Shown here: in pieces, positions 24,461-38,323 of the stretch
How the letters are laid out: each line of letters opens with the position of its first letter
Position numbering within the stretch: the first letter of the stretch is position 1
Source: Octopus vulgaris
Lineage: Eukaryota
NCBI GenBank assembly: GCA_951406725.2
Contig: OX597830.1
Span: 40,176,001-40,240,000 of the forward strand
Length of the DNA stretch: 64,000 nucleotides
Reading direction: 5' to 3'
The notes under the pieces: model-generated
The model's database searches: none
What the model was told of the DNA's origin: nothing
What the model saw: only the letters and a program-made list of their open reading frames with translations
Program-made: the position numbers and the translations under genes

Positions 24461-25494
24461 TTAATTACTGACTGTACAAGTTATAAGGTGAAACACTTTG
24501 TCATTAAATCTGTTTAGTTGTGGGCCTTAGAAAGACACACAAACATTGTTAGTTTCAAGTTTGTCTGACTCACAAAAGCATTTTCTACTCTATGACCTCA
24601 AAAGTACCATAACAGTTAAGAGTTCTTGTGATCTACATAGAACTATAATTTTCTTAAGATTATCCAATCAGTTTGCAAATATTCAATTTATTCATTCCTT
24701 TGTCAGCACAACTATTTATCTAAAGAGGAAAAAAGAATTAAAACATTCGACTTCAAATTACTTTTTTTTTATAAAAAATTCTGTAAAATGCCAAGAAATA
24801 TTTTTGGTTTAACCCTTAACTGTGAAATTAAATTTCATGGTTCTTCCAGTAATGTTGAATATCTATGAAAAAAATTAGAATTAGTATTTTCTGTGAGTCA
24901 CATTGCCTTAAAGTAACAAAATGTATTTTCAGACATGACGTTCCTCAATGGCAACAGATTAGTGTATAATAATGCTTTCTGCAGTTAAGGGCAATGAAAA
25001 TTTGAGTGGATATATTTGAGTGAATACTTGTTAAAATTTCCAAAAAATGAGAACTAATAATAAAAATAACTATTGTTCCTTCATCATCATCATCATCATC
25101 ATCGTCGTTTAACATCCGTTTTCTTTGCTAGCATGGGTTGGGCAGTTTGACTGAGGACTGGCAAGCCAAGAGGATGCACGAGGCTCCAATCTGATCTGGC
25201 AATGTTTCTACATCTAGATGCCCTTCCTAATGCCAATCATTCCGAGAGTGTAGTGGGTGCTTTTTACTTGCCACCAGCATGGGAGCCAGTCACTTGACAA
25301 CCAATGCTGGTGTGTTTACATCCCTGTAACTTAGTGGTTCAGCAAAAGAGACTGATAGAATAAGTACTAGGCTTACAAAGTATAAGTCCTGGGGTCAATT
25401 TCTTCAACTAAAGGTGGTGCTCCAGCATGGCCACAGTCAAATGACAGAAACAAATAAAAGAATTAAGAATATATATATATATAAAAATAAAAAT

Positions 25495-25840
25495 CAAATC
25501 AAATTCGATGACTGGCACCCATGCCAGTGGAGCGCTAAGAGCACCATTCGAGCGCGATCGTTGCCAGAGCAGCTGACTGGCTTCTGTGCTGGTGGCACGT
25601 GAAAAAGCATTCGAGCAAGGTTGTTGCCAGTGCTGCTGGACTGGCCCTCGTGCCAGTGGCACATAAAAGCACCCACTACACTCTCGGAGTGGTTGGAATT
25701 AGGAAGGGCATCCAGCTGTAGAAACTCTGCCAGATCAGATTAGAGCCTGGTGCAGCCATCTGGTTTGTCAGTCCTCAGTCAAATCGTCCAACCCATGCTA
25801 GCATGGAAAGAAGACATTAAACGACAACGATGATGATGAT
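25495..25840 (+). mobile_element. SINE-like family B with (GAT)n tail and internal ~60-bp tandem units (representative)
   Basis: Conserved cacccactacactctcggagtggttgg..aggaagggcatccagctgtagaaac..ccaacccatgc..ttaaacga(tga)n. Other copies at about 7390-7665, 8320-8650, 15292-15700, 21905-22175, 25081-25290, 31600-31835, 33310-33545, 37830-38090, 40370-40610, 45230-45495, 46963-47405, 51660-52510 and 54030-54665. Confidence 0.85.
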
Positions 25841-26905
25841 AATATATATATATATATATATTTCGCTTAGGTATTGTGAGGCAATAACCTGGTGTAGAAC
25901 TCAATACACGTATGTTTCAGAACAGAGTGTTAAGATGAGTATAGAGCAGTATAAGAAAAAGAGATGACAAAGGAAAGTGATGGTAATGTTATGAAGTTCA
26001 TAACATAACCATCTTTCCCCCTTTTGTCATATCTTTTGCTTACACGCGTGTGTATGTGTGCATGTCATTTAAAAATATTTATCAGTCTCACAAATAGTAT
26101 AAATAATATAAATAGTGTATGCAAAATAGATTATGTCTTTCATTTCATACAATAGTTTATCAGTGAATTGCATTGGCATTATGAGTGCTATAAATAAATG
26201 CCGTGCGTATTATAAATTATGTCTTCAGTTTTGTTCCAAAGTTAAACTGTTACTGCAGTAGAATGATAATATAGATTTTTTTTTTTTTTTCAGTCTTGAT
26301 GATGAGGAGGTGGGGGTTGCAGCCTCAGCTAATAAATGGAAAGCAATTAGAAAAGACAGGTTCGTTAGCCATAATGCAGCTATTCCAGCCGTAGCAGTGA
26401 TTTCATCATCTATCATAGGGTTATATGTTCAGTTATAAAAAACAGCTTAAGTCTTGTGTCACATGAAGTGTTAACAACTTTCTTGAATGACAATATAAAA
26501 GGCTGATTCAATGAGGCACCAAACAAAAGGTAAAGAGGTCATTACCGGTTCATAGTCTGTCACTAGTGTCTCATTGGGTTCCATTACCAAGATACTTTTT
26601 ACGGGTGACTGCACCAACCTCAAAGTAAAGTAAAAATTGCATATGCTTCACTCATATAAGCAGGAGTAGAACTTTGGAATTTAAAAGAGGTTTATTAGCT
26701 TGCAGCATAGAATTCAACTCTTTGCTGGAGAAGAGTTACATGCAACAGACCAACATTTTCTGAATTGGGCAGATTGCGTGGTTAAGAAATTTGCTTCTTA
26801 ACCACATGTTCTCAAGTTCAGTTCCACTGGGCAGCATCTTGCATGAGTGACTTTCTCTATTGCCCAGGGCTGATCAAAGCCTTGTGAGTAAATTTAGTAG
26901 AAACA

Positions 26906-26974
<69 letters not shown>

Positions 26975-28077
26975 ATGAAATCACATGATTGTTGTAAATG
27001 AGTGTCACTGTCATACAAGCAGTGTTGTTCAATTTCAATATTCTGCTAAAACAAGTCAGGTCATGGGAAATATTACTTTACTTGATATAGATGAAGGTTG
27101 GTGACAAGAAGAACTTCCAGCCTATAGAAAATCTGCCTCAGTAAACCCCATCTGATTCATGCAATCATGGAATAGTGGACATTAAAACAATGATGATGAT
27201 GAAAATGATGAAATCAGACAGATGGCTTTTTACTGAATGCAGTCTAAGTTACTCAAGACCAAACAGTGGTACTGGACTGCAGATGAGAGAGCTTATAAAA
27301 GTGCAAACAGTTCTAGAAACCAGAACTAGGGCCTGGCTCCAATTCTCACAAAATGATACACCAATTTAGCAGGTGTAACATTCCCAGTGAATCCAATTTC
27401 AACTTATGACAGCTTATTGAGCTAAAGTATATATAATTAAATCTTCAACAAACATACAACACAAAACAATTTCAGTGTATTTTAATTCAAAACCAATGGG
27501 CTTGAATATCACTCAGCTATTTCACCTCTACTTAAGACATTCTTCATTCAGATGTTCAGATTTTTGTTAAAGTGCCAACAGCTGCTCTGAGCTGAAATAT
27601 TTTATGGCTTTTGTGGTTTATTTTCCCAAATTTCTCCTTTACTCATGAAAACTCAAACAATGAAAAGCCAAAGATCAATATATGATAATAACAGTAATAA
27701 CCCTTTCTTCTAAAGGTAAAAGGTCTGAAATTTTGAGGGAACGGTACAGTCAATTACATTGACCCCCAAAGCTCAACTGGTACTTAATTCATCAATTCTA
27801 ATAAGAATGAAAGACAAAGTCAATCTCAGTGGAATTTGAACTCAGAACATAAAAACAGAAGAGACACTGCTAAGCAATTTTTCCGATGCAATAATAATTC
27901 TGTCAGCCGTAGGTCAGGAATTTGAAAGAAGGCAAGACAATTATATTAACCCCTAGTACTTTACTAGTACTTTATTTTATCAACACCTCAAACGTAGGAA
28001 AGGCAAAGTTAACTAGAAGAAATGACACTAAGCATTCTGCTAGCTCACCACTATTATTATTATTATTATTATTATTG

Positions 28078-28485
28078 AGTGAGAGAGCAGTTCATGCCAT
28101 CAAAGTGACACTGGGGTAAAATATACAAAGCCCAATATACCCATCATGACTACCCGTCTCATAAGGGTACACCAGGCACATGCATCACAACCATATGTGC
28201 ACGATATGGTGATCTCATATCAAGATAAACAGCACATGACCTTGCAGGTGGGGCCCAGTTAGAATTTTCTTCAGGTTGAGTAGCCCATCCCGCTCAAAAG
28301 GTCCCTGAATAAGGGTTGTTTAAGGATGTTGAAAGAACCACCCATGTTTCCAGAGGTGAATTATTTAAACCCCAAAGAATCCCTCTCGACACATGGCTAT
28401 GATGCTCCCCCACTACTTCTGCTCGTGATCAGAGATGCACATATCGTCAGCCACTAAGGGACACGCTCAACTGGTTACGGTCAAA
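28078..28485. mobile_element. Unclassified ~400 bp interspersed repeat between (TTA)n and (AAT)n
   Basis: Complex sequence bounded by trinucleotide tracts, consistent with a retroposon with a (TAA)n tail on the minus strand. Confidence 0.4.
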
Positions 28486-28524
28486 CAACAATAACAATAA
28501 TAATAATAATAATAATAATAATAA

Positions 28525-29520
28525 TTGACAGGAAGTGACGGGAAACTGTTCAATCTCTCGCGCCTGCGTGCCACGACCAAAATCAGAAACGTCCTGATCA
28601 AGGAGATGTTATTTGCTGATGATGCCGCTCTGGTAACACACACAGAAGAAGCCCTCCAAAGGCTCATTAACTGTTTTGAGCAAGCATGTAACGACTTTGG
28701 CTTAGCTATCAGCCTTAAGAAGACCAACATCATGGGCCAGGCTACATCGGACATCCCAAACATAAATATTGGAGACCACAGATTACAAGAGGTGGAGAAG
28801 TTTACCTATCTGGGCTCTACCGTCACCTACAACCTATCCCTTGACACTGAGCTCAATATACGCATTGGCAAGGCAGCTGCTGCAATGGCCCAACTCTCCA
28901 AACGGGCTTGGGACAACAATAAGCTGACCAAGACCACGAAAATGAAGATCTACCAGGCATGTGTACTCAGCACTCTACTGTATGGAAGTGAGACCTGGAC
29001 GCTATACACACGCCAAGAGCGTCGCCTAAACATCTTTCACCTGCGCTGCCTCCGGAAAATCCTTCGCATCAAATGGCAGAATCATATCCCCAAGGACATA
29101 CTCTACGGTGAGCTTGCTAGGGGTACTAGGTCTGTGAGGAGACCGATCTTACATTACAAGGATGTTTGCAAAAGGGACATGAAGGCCTGCAACATCAATA
29201 TTAGTGGTTGGGAGGCAGTTGCCGGCAACCATGGAGAATGGCAACGTACAGTAAAAGAGGGAATACAAAGGAGTGACAGAGAGAGAGAGAGGAGAAATGG
29301 AAAGAAAGGAAGAGACGTAAACAAGAGACTATGGCACTACAACCAGCCAGGAACAGTCTTCACTACATTTGCGGTACCTGCCAGAGGGAGTGTTTGTCCA
29401 GGATAGGACTACACAGCCACAGCAGGAAATGTATCAGGACATGAAATATAAAAGCCGGACTAGACTACTTCATGCGCAACTCCATTGTCTCCCGAGACAG
29501 AAAGGATGCCAATACAATAC
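28525..29520 (+). mobile_element. 5'-truncated RTE-clade LINE (C-terminal RT, thumb, Cys motif)
   Basis: ORF with LFADD, FGLAISLKKT, FTYLGS, LLYGSETW. After a frameshift near the (GA)n run: HYICGTCQRECLSRIGLHSHSRKC*. Short-repeat 3' tail; sits in (AAT)n. Confidence 0.93.
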
Positions 29521-29549
29521 AATACAATAATAATAATAATAATGATGAT

Positions 29550-29911
29550 GAGACCACTCAGAGAGAGCAAACTTCTGCCAAGGCAACACCAATGTGCTCT
29601 CAATGATTAACCCATAGATGACTTTTAAAATGAGGATATCTGAAATAAACTTGACTGCTCTCACAAACAAGAATAATACAAATGAACCCAACTACTCTCA
29701 AAAATTAAGTAAAAAAAAACTGGAAAAATAATCCAGAATCTAGATCGGTCCCAAAATCTAATCAGTTCGTGCCAGTCATGAAGCCAAACATCCCTGGAAG
29801 TTTCATCCAAATCCATCCAGCAATTCTTGAGATATCTTGTCCATAGACAAACAAACAAACAAACAAACACGACTGAAAACAATACCACCGCCTTCACTAA
29901 GGTGAAGGTAA
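29550..29911 (+). mobile_element. Helentron/HINE (DINE-1-like) non-autonomous element
   Basis: Subterminal ctgccaaggc, internal (CAAA)n, 3' stem-loop ccttcac-taag-gtgaagg followed by taat. Confidence 0.6.
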
Positions 29912-29914
29912 TAA

Positions 29915-30605
29915 TAATCTTTTCTACTATAGGCACAAGGTCTGCAATTTTGGGGGAGGGGGTTAGTCGATCACATCGACCCCAGTACTTGACTGGTACT
30001 TAATTTATCGACCCCGAAAGAATGAAAGGCAAAGTCTACCTAAACAGAATTTGAACTGAGAATATAAAGATGAACGAAATGCCGCTGAGAATTTTGCCCA
30101 GCATGCTAATGATTCTGCTAGCTGGCCACCTTAATAATAATAATAAAAAGAAGAAGAACAATAACAATAATATTCCTTTCTACTGTAGGCACTAGGCCTG
30201 ACATTTGAGGGGAGGGAGTTCAGTCAATTACATCAACTCCAGTGCTTGACTAGTACTTATTTCATCAACCCCGAAAGGATGAAAGGCAAAGTCAACCTCA
30301 GCGGAATTTGAACTCAGAACATAGCAGTGGACGAAATACCCCTAAGCATTTCACTCAGTGTGCTAACGATTCTGCCAGCTCACCACCTTAACAACAACAA
30401 TAATAATAATAATCCTTTCTACTATAGGCACAACACTTAGAATTTGACCCCAGTGTTTCACTGATACTTAATTTATTGATCCCAAAAGGATGAAAGGCAA
30501 AGTCGACCTTGGCAGAATTTGAACTCAGAACATAAGGATGGACGAAACGCCACTAGACATTTCATGCAGAATGCTATTGATTCTGCCAGCTCACCACCTT
30601 AACAA
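29915..30605 (-). mobile_element. Three tandem family C SINEs separated by (AAT/AAC)n
   Basis: Three same-orientation copies starting cttt(t)ctact.taggcac at ~29919, ~30176 and ~30414. Confidence 0.8.
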
Positions 30606-32519
30606 CAACAACAACAATAATAATAATAAGCAGCAGTAAAGTCCTTTAACAATTTCGTTCTTCCTTAAATGCTGAAGGGAAAGAAGGATGAAAACAGAAA
30701 ATTTCATCTTAACACAGCAAAAGTTTTCTCAGTCTAATTTAATGGCATTTATCCAAAGAAATATCTTTTGGCACAGTCAATTTCCTTCACAACTGTTCCC
30801 TAAAACCAAATATAATTGGCAAAAATAAACAAATAAAAACAAATTCTTTAAGACTTTGTTCTTGAAACTGAACCAGTATAAACAAAATGGTCAGCTTTCT
30901 AACAAGCCCCTTGTTTAATCCTATTTCCTTTGTTCATCTGAAACACTTCTAACATTAATTAGAGATTTTGGAGAGAAGTACCATAAAAAAAAAATCACCT
31001 CATTAGCTTAATAACCAATTTCAAGCTCCGAGACATATGATGTTTCTAGGCAACAGTATTTCTTCCCCAACCATGCTTCCACCTTAGAGTTTCATCATGT
31101 CGTTACTTAGTTGTCCTGCCTAACTTGGCCAGTTTTTCAATAATCATGCTTCTTAGCAATATTCCTCCTCCCAGTCTCACCCACACTGTTCTTATCATAC
31201 ATTCTTCCTTTCTTTCTTTGATAAATTTGCAAATCCAATTGCAATCACTTATCCATACTGTGAACACTTAACACCTCAACATTTAACCCTTTCATTACCG
31301 TATTTTATTTTGAGATGCTCTGTGTTTCTTTCAATTAATCTTAAATATGATAAAGAGTTTAGTAAAATAACCTTAGTTATCATTAAGCTAGTGTTAGGAA
31401 CATAGATTGTGACTAAGGTTTGGTGGAAGATTTTAATTCAAAACTTATGAAAACAAAACATTTGTACTCAGATCCAGAAGCAGTTTCAACCAGTAAGTTT
31501 CTACAGTAAGACACCTATCTCTATCCCCCTAATGCACTCTAACCTCTCACCTGACATTGAGCTTCTGCCATCGGTTCCACTCCTTCTCCCAGTCATGCAA
31601 GTTACTTGGCGACCCAACTGATGTTGGTGCAACATCAGAAGCACATGTGCTGGTACCACATAAAAAGCACCCAGTACACTCTCTAAAGTGGTTGGCTTTA
31701 GGAAGAGCATTCAGCCGTAGGAACCGTGCTAAAACAGACAGCAGAGTCTAGAGCAGCTCTCCATCTTGCCAGCTCCTGATAAACCATTCAACCCATGCCA
31801 GTATGGAAGACAGCTATTAAATGATGATGATGATGAGAGAGAGAGAGAGAGAGAACTGTGACTCTTTTGTGTCAATAATTCATATAAATATCAAAATTTA
31901 TTTACCCATCAAATTGAAGTCAGAATTAAATAGAGTATTAGAACAAAATGAAATGGAAACACTCGTCGGTATTGATTAGCAGCTGTTTAATTAACCTCTG
32001 AGCAATGTAATCATTAAGTTCTTGCTAATTATTAGATAATCCATAAATTTCAAGTAGATTAAAAACCGACATTCATTTCAATTATTTTCTTCTGGCCTTT
32101 GCTTTTTGACATAATTCTTTATTTGTATCATTTCTTATCTTTTTACTGGTTTCAATCATTGAGACCAGTGGCAGCTTGGAGATAATATTAGTGTGGGTGC
32201 TGCTCCAGAAAACTTCTAGCCGTTGTTTTAATATTGTGTAAAAGGAAACAAACATATAAAAAGAAAATTTATACAATTTATACATAAACTTAATCAGTTC
32301 GCATTTTAGCCACTGCCGGGTATTGCATTTAATTTGTTCACTGAACACAGCCGCAAATTCCCTCTTGTTTCTCAAAAATCCCCCCTAAATCACAAAATAA
32401 GGGGGAATTTTCAAATCCTAGCAGCAACACTGAAGCTGGAAGCAGGATAATAATCTAATTCTACACTTTATCACATTCAAGAATATAAATACGTTTTTAA
32501 GCACAACACACAGAGTCAA

Positions 32520-32660
32520 AAAGAAACACTACCCTTCACCGAAACACCAAGAATAGCACTGTCATTCACGCAGTGCTCTCTCTCCCTAGCATGAAGCTTC
32601 CTATCTCGGACATGTGAGCATGCGCACAACAGCCAAACATCACGTGGCTGAAACTGAGGC
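32520..32660 (-). promoter_or_regulatory. Candidate promoter and non-coding first exon of the ATF2-family gene
   Basis: Unique CpG-retaining patch with NRF1-like TGCGCATGCTCA (32615-32626), E-box CACGTG (32641-32646) and AGGAAG; possible donor AAGG|gtagtg near 32532. The ATG exon starts right at a splice acceptor, so an upstream exon is needed. Confidence 0.45.
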
Positions 32661-33543
32661 ACACAGTTCTATACAAGGATTTTTGTATTTTTTTCATAAA
32701 CTAGGGGATGGCTACTGACATTAAGCTTAAGGATTATATAATGTACAAGTATAAAGAAAGAATTAAAGAAAAAAGGACTCATTATATTAAATGTTATCGA
32801 TAATACTGAGTGGAAATAGAGGGTTCCACAGTGCCTATACACGAGCCGTCACTGATTGAGACACATCCATGGTGGGCCACCATCTTCAAGGGTTTCGCTC
32901 AAATGTATCAACAGAATGTAAAGGGACTTAAGTAAATATCACAAGGCATTTTATTCAACACCAACAATTCTGCCGAATAAAAATAATCACTTTAAATTTT
33001 GACACAAGGCCAGCAGACTTGAATGGTGGGGAGCAAGTCAATAACATACACCTCTGGTTACTTATTTTGTCAACCCTAAAAGGATGAACGAAAAGTTGAC
33101 TTCAGCAGAATTTGAACTCAGAATGTAAAGAAAAAATAGAGTAGGTGTGGCTGTGTGGTAAGAAACTTGCTTCCCAACCAAATGGTTCCAGGTTCAGTCC
33201 CACTGCGTGGTACCTCGAGCAAGTGCCTTCTACTATATATAGGCTCAGGCCAACCAAAGCCTTGTGAGTGGATGTGGTAGACAGAAACTGAAAGAAGACC
33301 ATCATATATATGGCACGTAAAAAACACCATTTGAGCGTGGCCGTTGCCAGTACTGCCTGACTGGCCCTCATGTAACACCCACTACACTCTCAGAGTGGTT
33401 GGCATTAGGAAGGACATCCAGCTGTAGAAACTCTGCCAGATCAGATTAAAGCCTGGTGCAACCATCTGGTTTGCCAGTCCTCAGTCAAATTGTCCAACTC
33501 ATGCTAGCATGGAAAGCAGATATTAAATGATAAATGAACGATG

Positions 33544-33588
<45 letters not shown>

Positions 33589-34355
33589 CTTCTGTGTCTG
33601 CATTTGTCCCACCCACCCCACCATTGCTTGACAACCAACAGTGGTGTGTTTACGGGAACATAACTTAGCGGTGCAGCAAAAAGAGACCAATAGAATAAGT
33701 ACTAGGTTTACAAAGAATAAGACCTGAGGGTTAATTTGTTCGACTAAAGACAGTGCTCCAGCATGGCCACAGTCAAACGACTGAAAGAAGTAAACGAGTA
33801 AAAGAACAGACAAAAATCTAGTTTCCCTACCTTCAGGGGGTCTTGATGGAGTTGGGGAGCTTCATGAACACCAAGCTCCCCGACTTGAGCAAGTAGGGTT
33901 AGTTTTCAGCTACATCAGGAGAGGTTACGACTAAAGAGAATCCAAGGTTCATGGCACCAACAGAAGACAACTAGTTACTCTGAAAGAATAAAAAAGAAAA
34001 ACGTAAGTAACAGAATCTCTCCCTCCCTCTCTCTCTCTCTCTTTGTTGGGTCTCTTTCAAAAGAAAGATGCTCTTCACTTGTATCCTGGTTACTAGTTCA
34101 TCCCACACAAAACTGCCATCTTATATATGACTACATATGATTTCGCACTTTCTCTTTTTCCCAACAGGAAGTAACCATGTATCTCTCCTCTACAGCAAAA
34201 CATCTTTTTCTGTTCTATCCTGCTACCATACTTTTACATCTCATCACCTGACATAAAACCACCTCCCTCAATAATACTCCATCCATCCCCCCACCCTACA
34301 CAGTTGGTGGTCCTCGACTCGTGAGTCACTAGGTGACCTTACTAGAGCCAGTAAC

Positions 34356-34628
34356 CAGGGCTGTGGAATCGAAACAAAAAACTTTGACTCGGACTCTGAC
34401 TCCTCAACTATTGGCACCTCTAACTCTGACTCCTCTTTATGTAATTAAGTGATTGTGGTCTACATATCTCATAAAGCGTATGCTTACGTTTGTACTTTGA
34501 GTAGGCCTTTTTGTTAGAACTGGCTTATATTAAAGAATAAAGATATTGTGAGTCGGAGTTAGTATAGTTTTACCGACCCCGACTCCAGCTACCCCTTAAT
34601 TGTTTCCAACTCCGACTCCACAGCCCTG
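34356..34628. mobile_element. hAT-type MITE with intact 8-bp TSD
   Basis: TIRs CAGGGCTGTGGA/TCCACAGCCCTG; TSD CCAGTAAC at 34348-34355 and 34629-34636; subterminal GACTCC repeats; inserted in a SINE. Confidence 0.9.
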
Positions 34629-34775
34629 CCAGTAACATATAAAAGGCACCCAGTACACTGTGTGAAATAATTGGCAATAAGAAGGACATCCAGCCATGAC
34701 AGGTTCAGTACAGTCCTCTGGTTCATCGGCACTTGTCAGGCCATCCAACCCATGCCAACATGAAAAACACACTAA

Positions 34776-35200
34776 CCCTTTAGCATTTAAACCGGCCAGA
34801 TGCGGCCAAAATATTCTCTCCGTTATATGTTTAAACTGTCCAAGTCCTACCTTTCACACCTACCCTACAATGTCAGTGTAAAATAAACAATCACATCGTT
34901 GAAATCTCAAACCTATGAGATGATGCATGCTTAATTTTAAAAACTGGGGAAAATAAGCATCACGTTTGGCAGATAAGCTGAATGCTAAAAGGTTAAATAA
35001 CAATAATGATGAAGATAAACTGGCCAGGTCCTACCTTTCACACCTACCCTACAATGTCAGTGTAAAAAAAACAATCACATCGTTGAAATCTCAAACCTAT
35101 GAGATGATGCATGCTTAATTTTAAAAACTGGGAAAAATAAGCATCACGTTTGGCAGATAAGCTGAATGCTAAAAGGTTAAATAACAATAATGATGAAGAT
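34776..35200. mobile_element. piggyBac-type MITE (second family) with ~184 bp tandem duplication
   Basis: CCCTTTAGCATT...AATGCTAAAAGG-TTAA; ~35019-35200 repeats ~34835-35017. Copies at ~50075-50300 and ~62532-62768. Confidence 0.7.
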
Positions 35201-35858
35201 GATGATTGTCTAGCGACCATGACACCATGTACCTACACATACAAGCATGTGTTCGTGTGTGTGTGTGGTGGTGGTGGTGGTGGTGGGGAGGGTACAATGA
35301 AGGGTTTCACAGTTTCTTACTGAACAACCAGCATGGATGATTTGTTTATAGTGATCAAATGTTTGTGTTGCCCGTAAGCTCACTCCCTGCATCAGGTTAA
35401 CATTCCCTGCACAGGTGCAAGGTATGCCACATTCAGGTGCATTATATACAAACGTTAAATTAATAAAAATCATAGTTGCAGGTATGACTGTGTGGTAAGA
35501 AGTTTGCTTACCAACCACGTGTTCTGGGTTCAATCCCATTGAATGACACCTTGGAAAAGTGTCAGAGTGGAAGATGCAAGTGTTTTCCTTGAGAACATAA
35601 CACAGCACCTGGTCCAGGAATTGAAACCACAACTGCACAATCATGAGGGCAGTGCCCTAACCACCAAGCCACATGCCCTCAATATACATAAGATGCAAGC
35701 ATAGTGACTACGCTTCCTAACCACCTGGTTTTAAGTTCAATCCTATGGTGTGGCACCTTGGGCAAGTGTCTTCTAGCATAAGTAACACCAAGATGACTAA
35801 AGCCTTGTGAGTGGATTTAGTAGACGGAAAATGGAAAAAAACTGTTTATATGTGTATG

Positions 35859-35905
<47 letters not shown>

Positions 35906-36769
35906 TTATTCTTTTATTCTTTTACTTGTTTCAGTTATTTGACTGTGGCCATGCTGGAGCACTGCCTTTACTCGAGTAAATCAACCCCAGGACTTATTCT
36001 TTGTAAGCCTAGTACTTATTCTATTGGTCTCTTTTTGCCGAACCACTAAGTTACAGGGACGTAAACACACCAGCATCGGTTGTCAAGCGATGTTGGATGG
36101 ACAAGCACAGACACGCAAACATATATACATATATATATATATTTATACATATATACGACGGGCTTCTTTCAGTTTACATCTACCAAATCCACAGACAAGG
36201 CTTTGGTTGGCCCGTGGCTATAGTAGAAGACACTTGCCAACGGTGCCACGCAGTGGGACTGAACCCGGAACCATGTGGTTGGTAAGCAAGCTACTTACCA
36301 CACAGCCAATCCATATATTTTTTATGTATTTATATATATATATATACATATATATGTATGTGTGTTTATATGAGTTGGTCTCCTTGTCTTGACATGAAGT
36401 GATTGTTGTGAACAAACGTCACCATCATACAGATTGTTCTTTGTTACCAATGTTCTGTGAAAACATGTCCAGTCATTACGAAATATCGCCTTAATTGGAG
36501 GTGAGGGTTTGCAATAGGAAGGGCATCCAGCCATAGTGATCCAGCCCCCACAAATTCTGTGTGAGCATGGAGAAGCAGCCATTAAAATGATGATAGTAAG
36601 TGGGGGGGGTGTATTTTATTTGTTTCAGTCAAATAAATCGACCCCAGGACTATTCTTTATAAGCCCAGTACTTATTCTATTGGTAACTATTGCTGAACCA
36701 CTAAGTTACAGGGACATAAACACACCAACACCAGTTGTCAAGTGATGGCAGGGATACAAACACAGATAC

Positions 36770-37319
36770 AGCAGGTCTTTTGTTAGCCGCTCTCCAGCCA
36801 TCTATTTAAAACTGTATACAGCTATGGTACGACCACACTTGGAATTCGCATCATCAGTTTGGAACCCCTATCTTGCACAGAACATTGACCTCCTGGAATC
36901 TGTCCAGAGACGTGCAACCAAACGCATACCCTCCATCAGACACCTACCATATTCTGAGCGCCTTGTTTCCCTGGGCATGGATTCTCTGAAGCTCCGGCGT
37001 TTGGCGACGGACTTGGTAAACACCCACAAAGTTATCAACCACCTCACCAACAACAACACTGAACACCTTTTTGATCTCCATGTGTCTAACACACGTGGAC
37101 ATGCCTACAAAGTCAGAAAACAATACAGCTCCCATGACTTTCGGAAACATTTTTTCACGCTCAGAGTTGCTGAAGCATGGAATAAACTGCCTGCGTCAGT
37201 TGTTGACTGCCATGACACTGCATCTTTTAAGGCCCTCATGCTTTCCGAAATCCGCCGAAACTTCACCTGATTATATATACACTTTAGATGAGTTGTAGTG
37301 CACCTGAGCACTGTACACA

Positions 37320-37382
<63 letters not shown>
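36770..37382 (+). mobile_element. 5'-truncated CR1-clade LINE 3' end with (TTA)n tail
   Basis: LYTAMVRPHLEFASSVWNPY...LESVQRRATK...TRGH...FFTLRVAEAWNKLP is the typical CR1 ORF2 C-terminus; inserted in a SINE copy. Confidence 0.92.
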
Positions 37383-37385
<3 letters not shown>

Positions 37386-37401
37386 CATACACATAAATAT
37401 A

Positions 37402-37437
<36 letters not shown>

Positions 37438-37439
<2 letters not shown>

Positions 37440-37654
37440 GTTTAAATATTTGTTGTGCAAGATTTTTTATGTGAAGTCGTGTGTTGAAACAGATATTGTT
37501 ATATTTCGGAATGGTCATTTTGCCAGTTTAGCCAATAAAAACACACGCACTATATATTTGGTGTTATTTTGCTTCAGTGTTATTTATTTTTTACATTAAT
37601 CTTAATCTTATTTCGGCCAGAGTTCTTTCATCACACTCCTGTGACCGCATCAGG
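37438..37654 (-). mobile_element. Repeat fragment abutting (TA)n, possibly Penelope-like terminus
   Basis: Minus strand CTGATGC-G-GTCAC-AGGAGT-GTGAT-GAAA-GAAC-TC, a degenerate hammerhead-like layout next to SINE sequence. Confidence 0.3.
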
Positions 37655-38283
37655 CTTCTTTCAGTTTACATCCCACCAAATCTACTCACAAGGCTTTGGT
37701 TGGCCTGAGGCTATAGTAGAAGACACTTGCCCAAGGTGCTACGCTGTAGGACTGAACCTGGAATCCATGTGGTTGGGAAGCAAGCTTCTTGCCACACAGC
37801 CACACCTACACCTATCCTTACCACACACCTACACTGTAAAGTGGCTGGCATTTGGAAGGGCATCCAGCTGGTAAAATCATGCCGAAACTAACCTCACCTG
37901 TGCTAGTGCCACATAAAAAGCACTGAGTCCACTCAGCAGAGTGGTTGGTGTTAGGAAGGGCATTCAGTCATAAAAACCCTGCCAAAACAGACACCGTAGC
38001 GTAGGGGAGTTTTTCTACGTGGCCAGCTCCTGTGAACCGTCCAACCCATGCATGCATGGAAGATGGACATTAAACGATGATGACGATAAATGTATAAATG
38101 AATGCATGCATTTATGTAACAGAATAGCAAAGTCAGAGTTAAAACTATATCAAAACTAAATTAAGACAAAATGAAAATCACATATCGTTTAAATGCTAAT
38201 GCTAAAAATCCTCTTGAATCACCGTCTATATACATCGACACAATTCATTGCTGTGCCGTTTCAATGATGATGATTATGATGAC

Positions 38284-38323
<40 letters not shown>

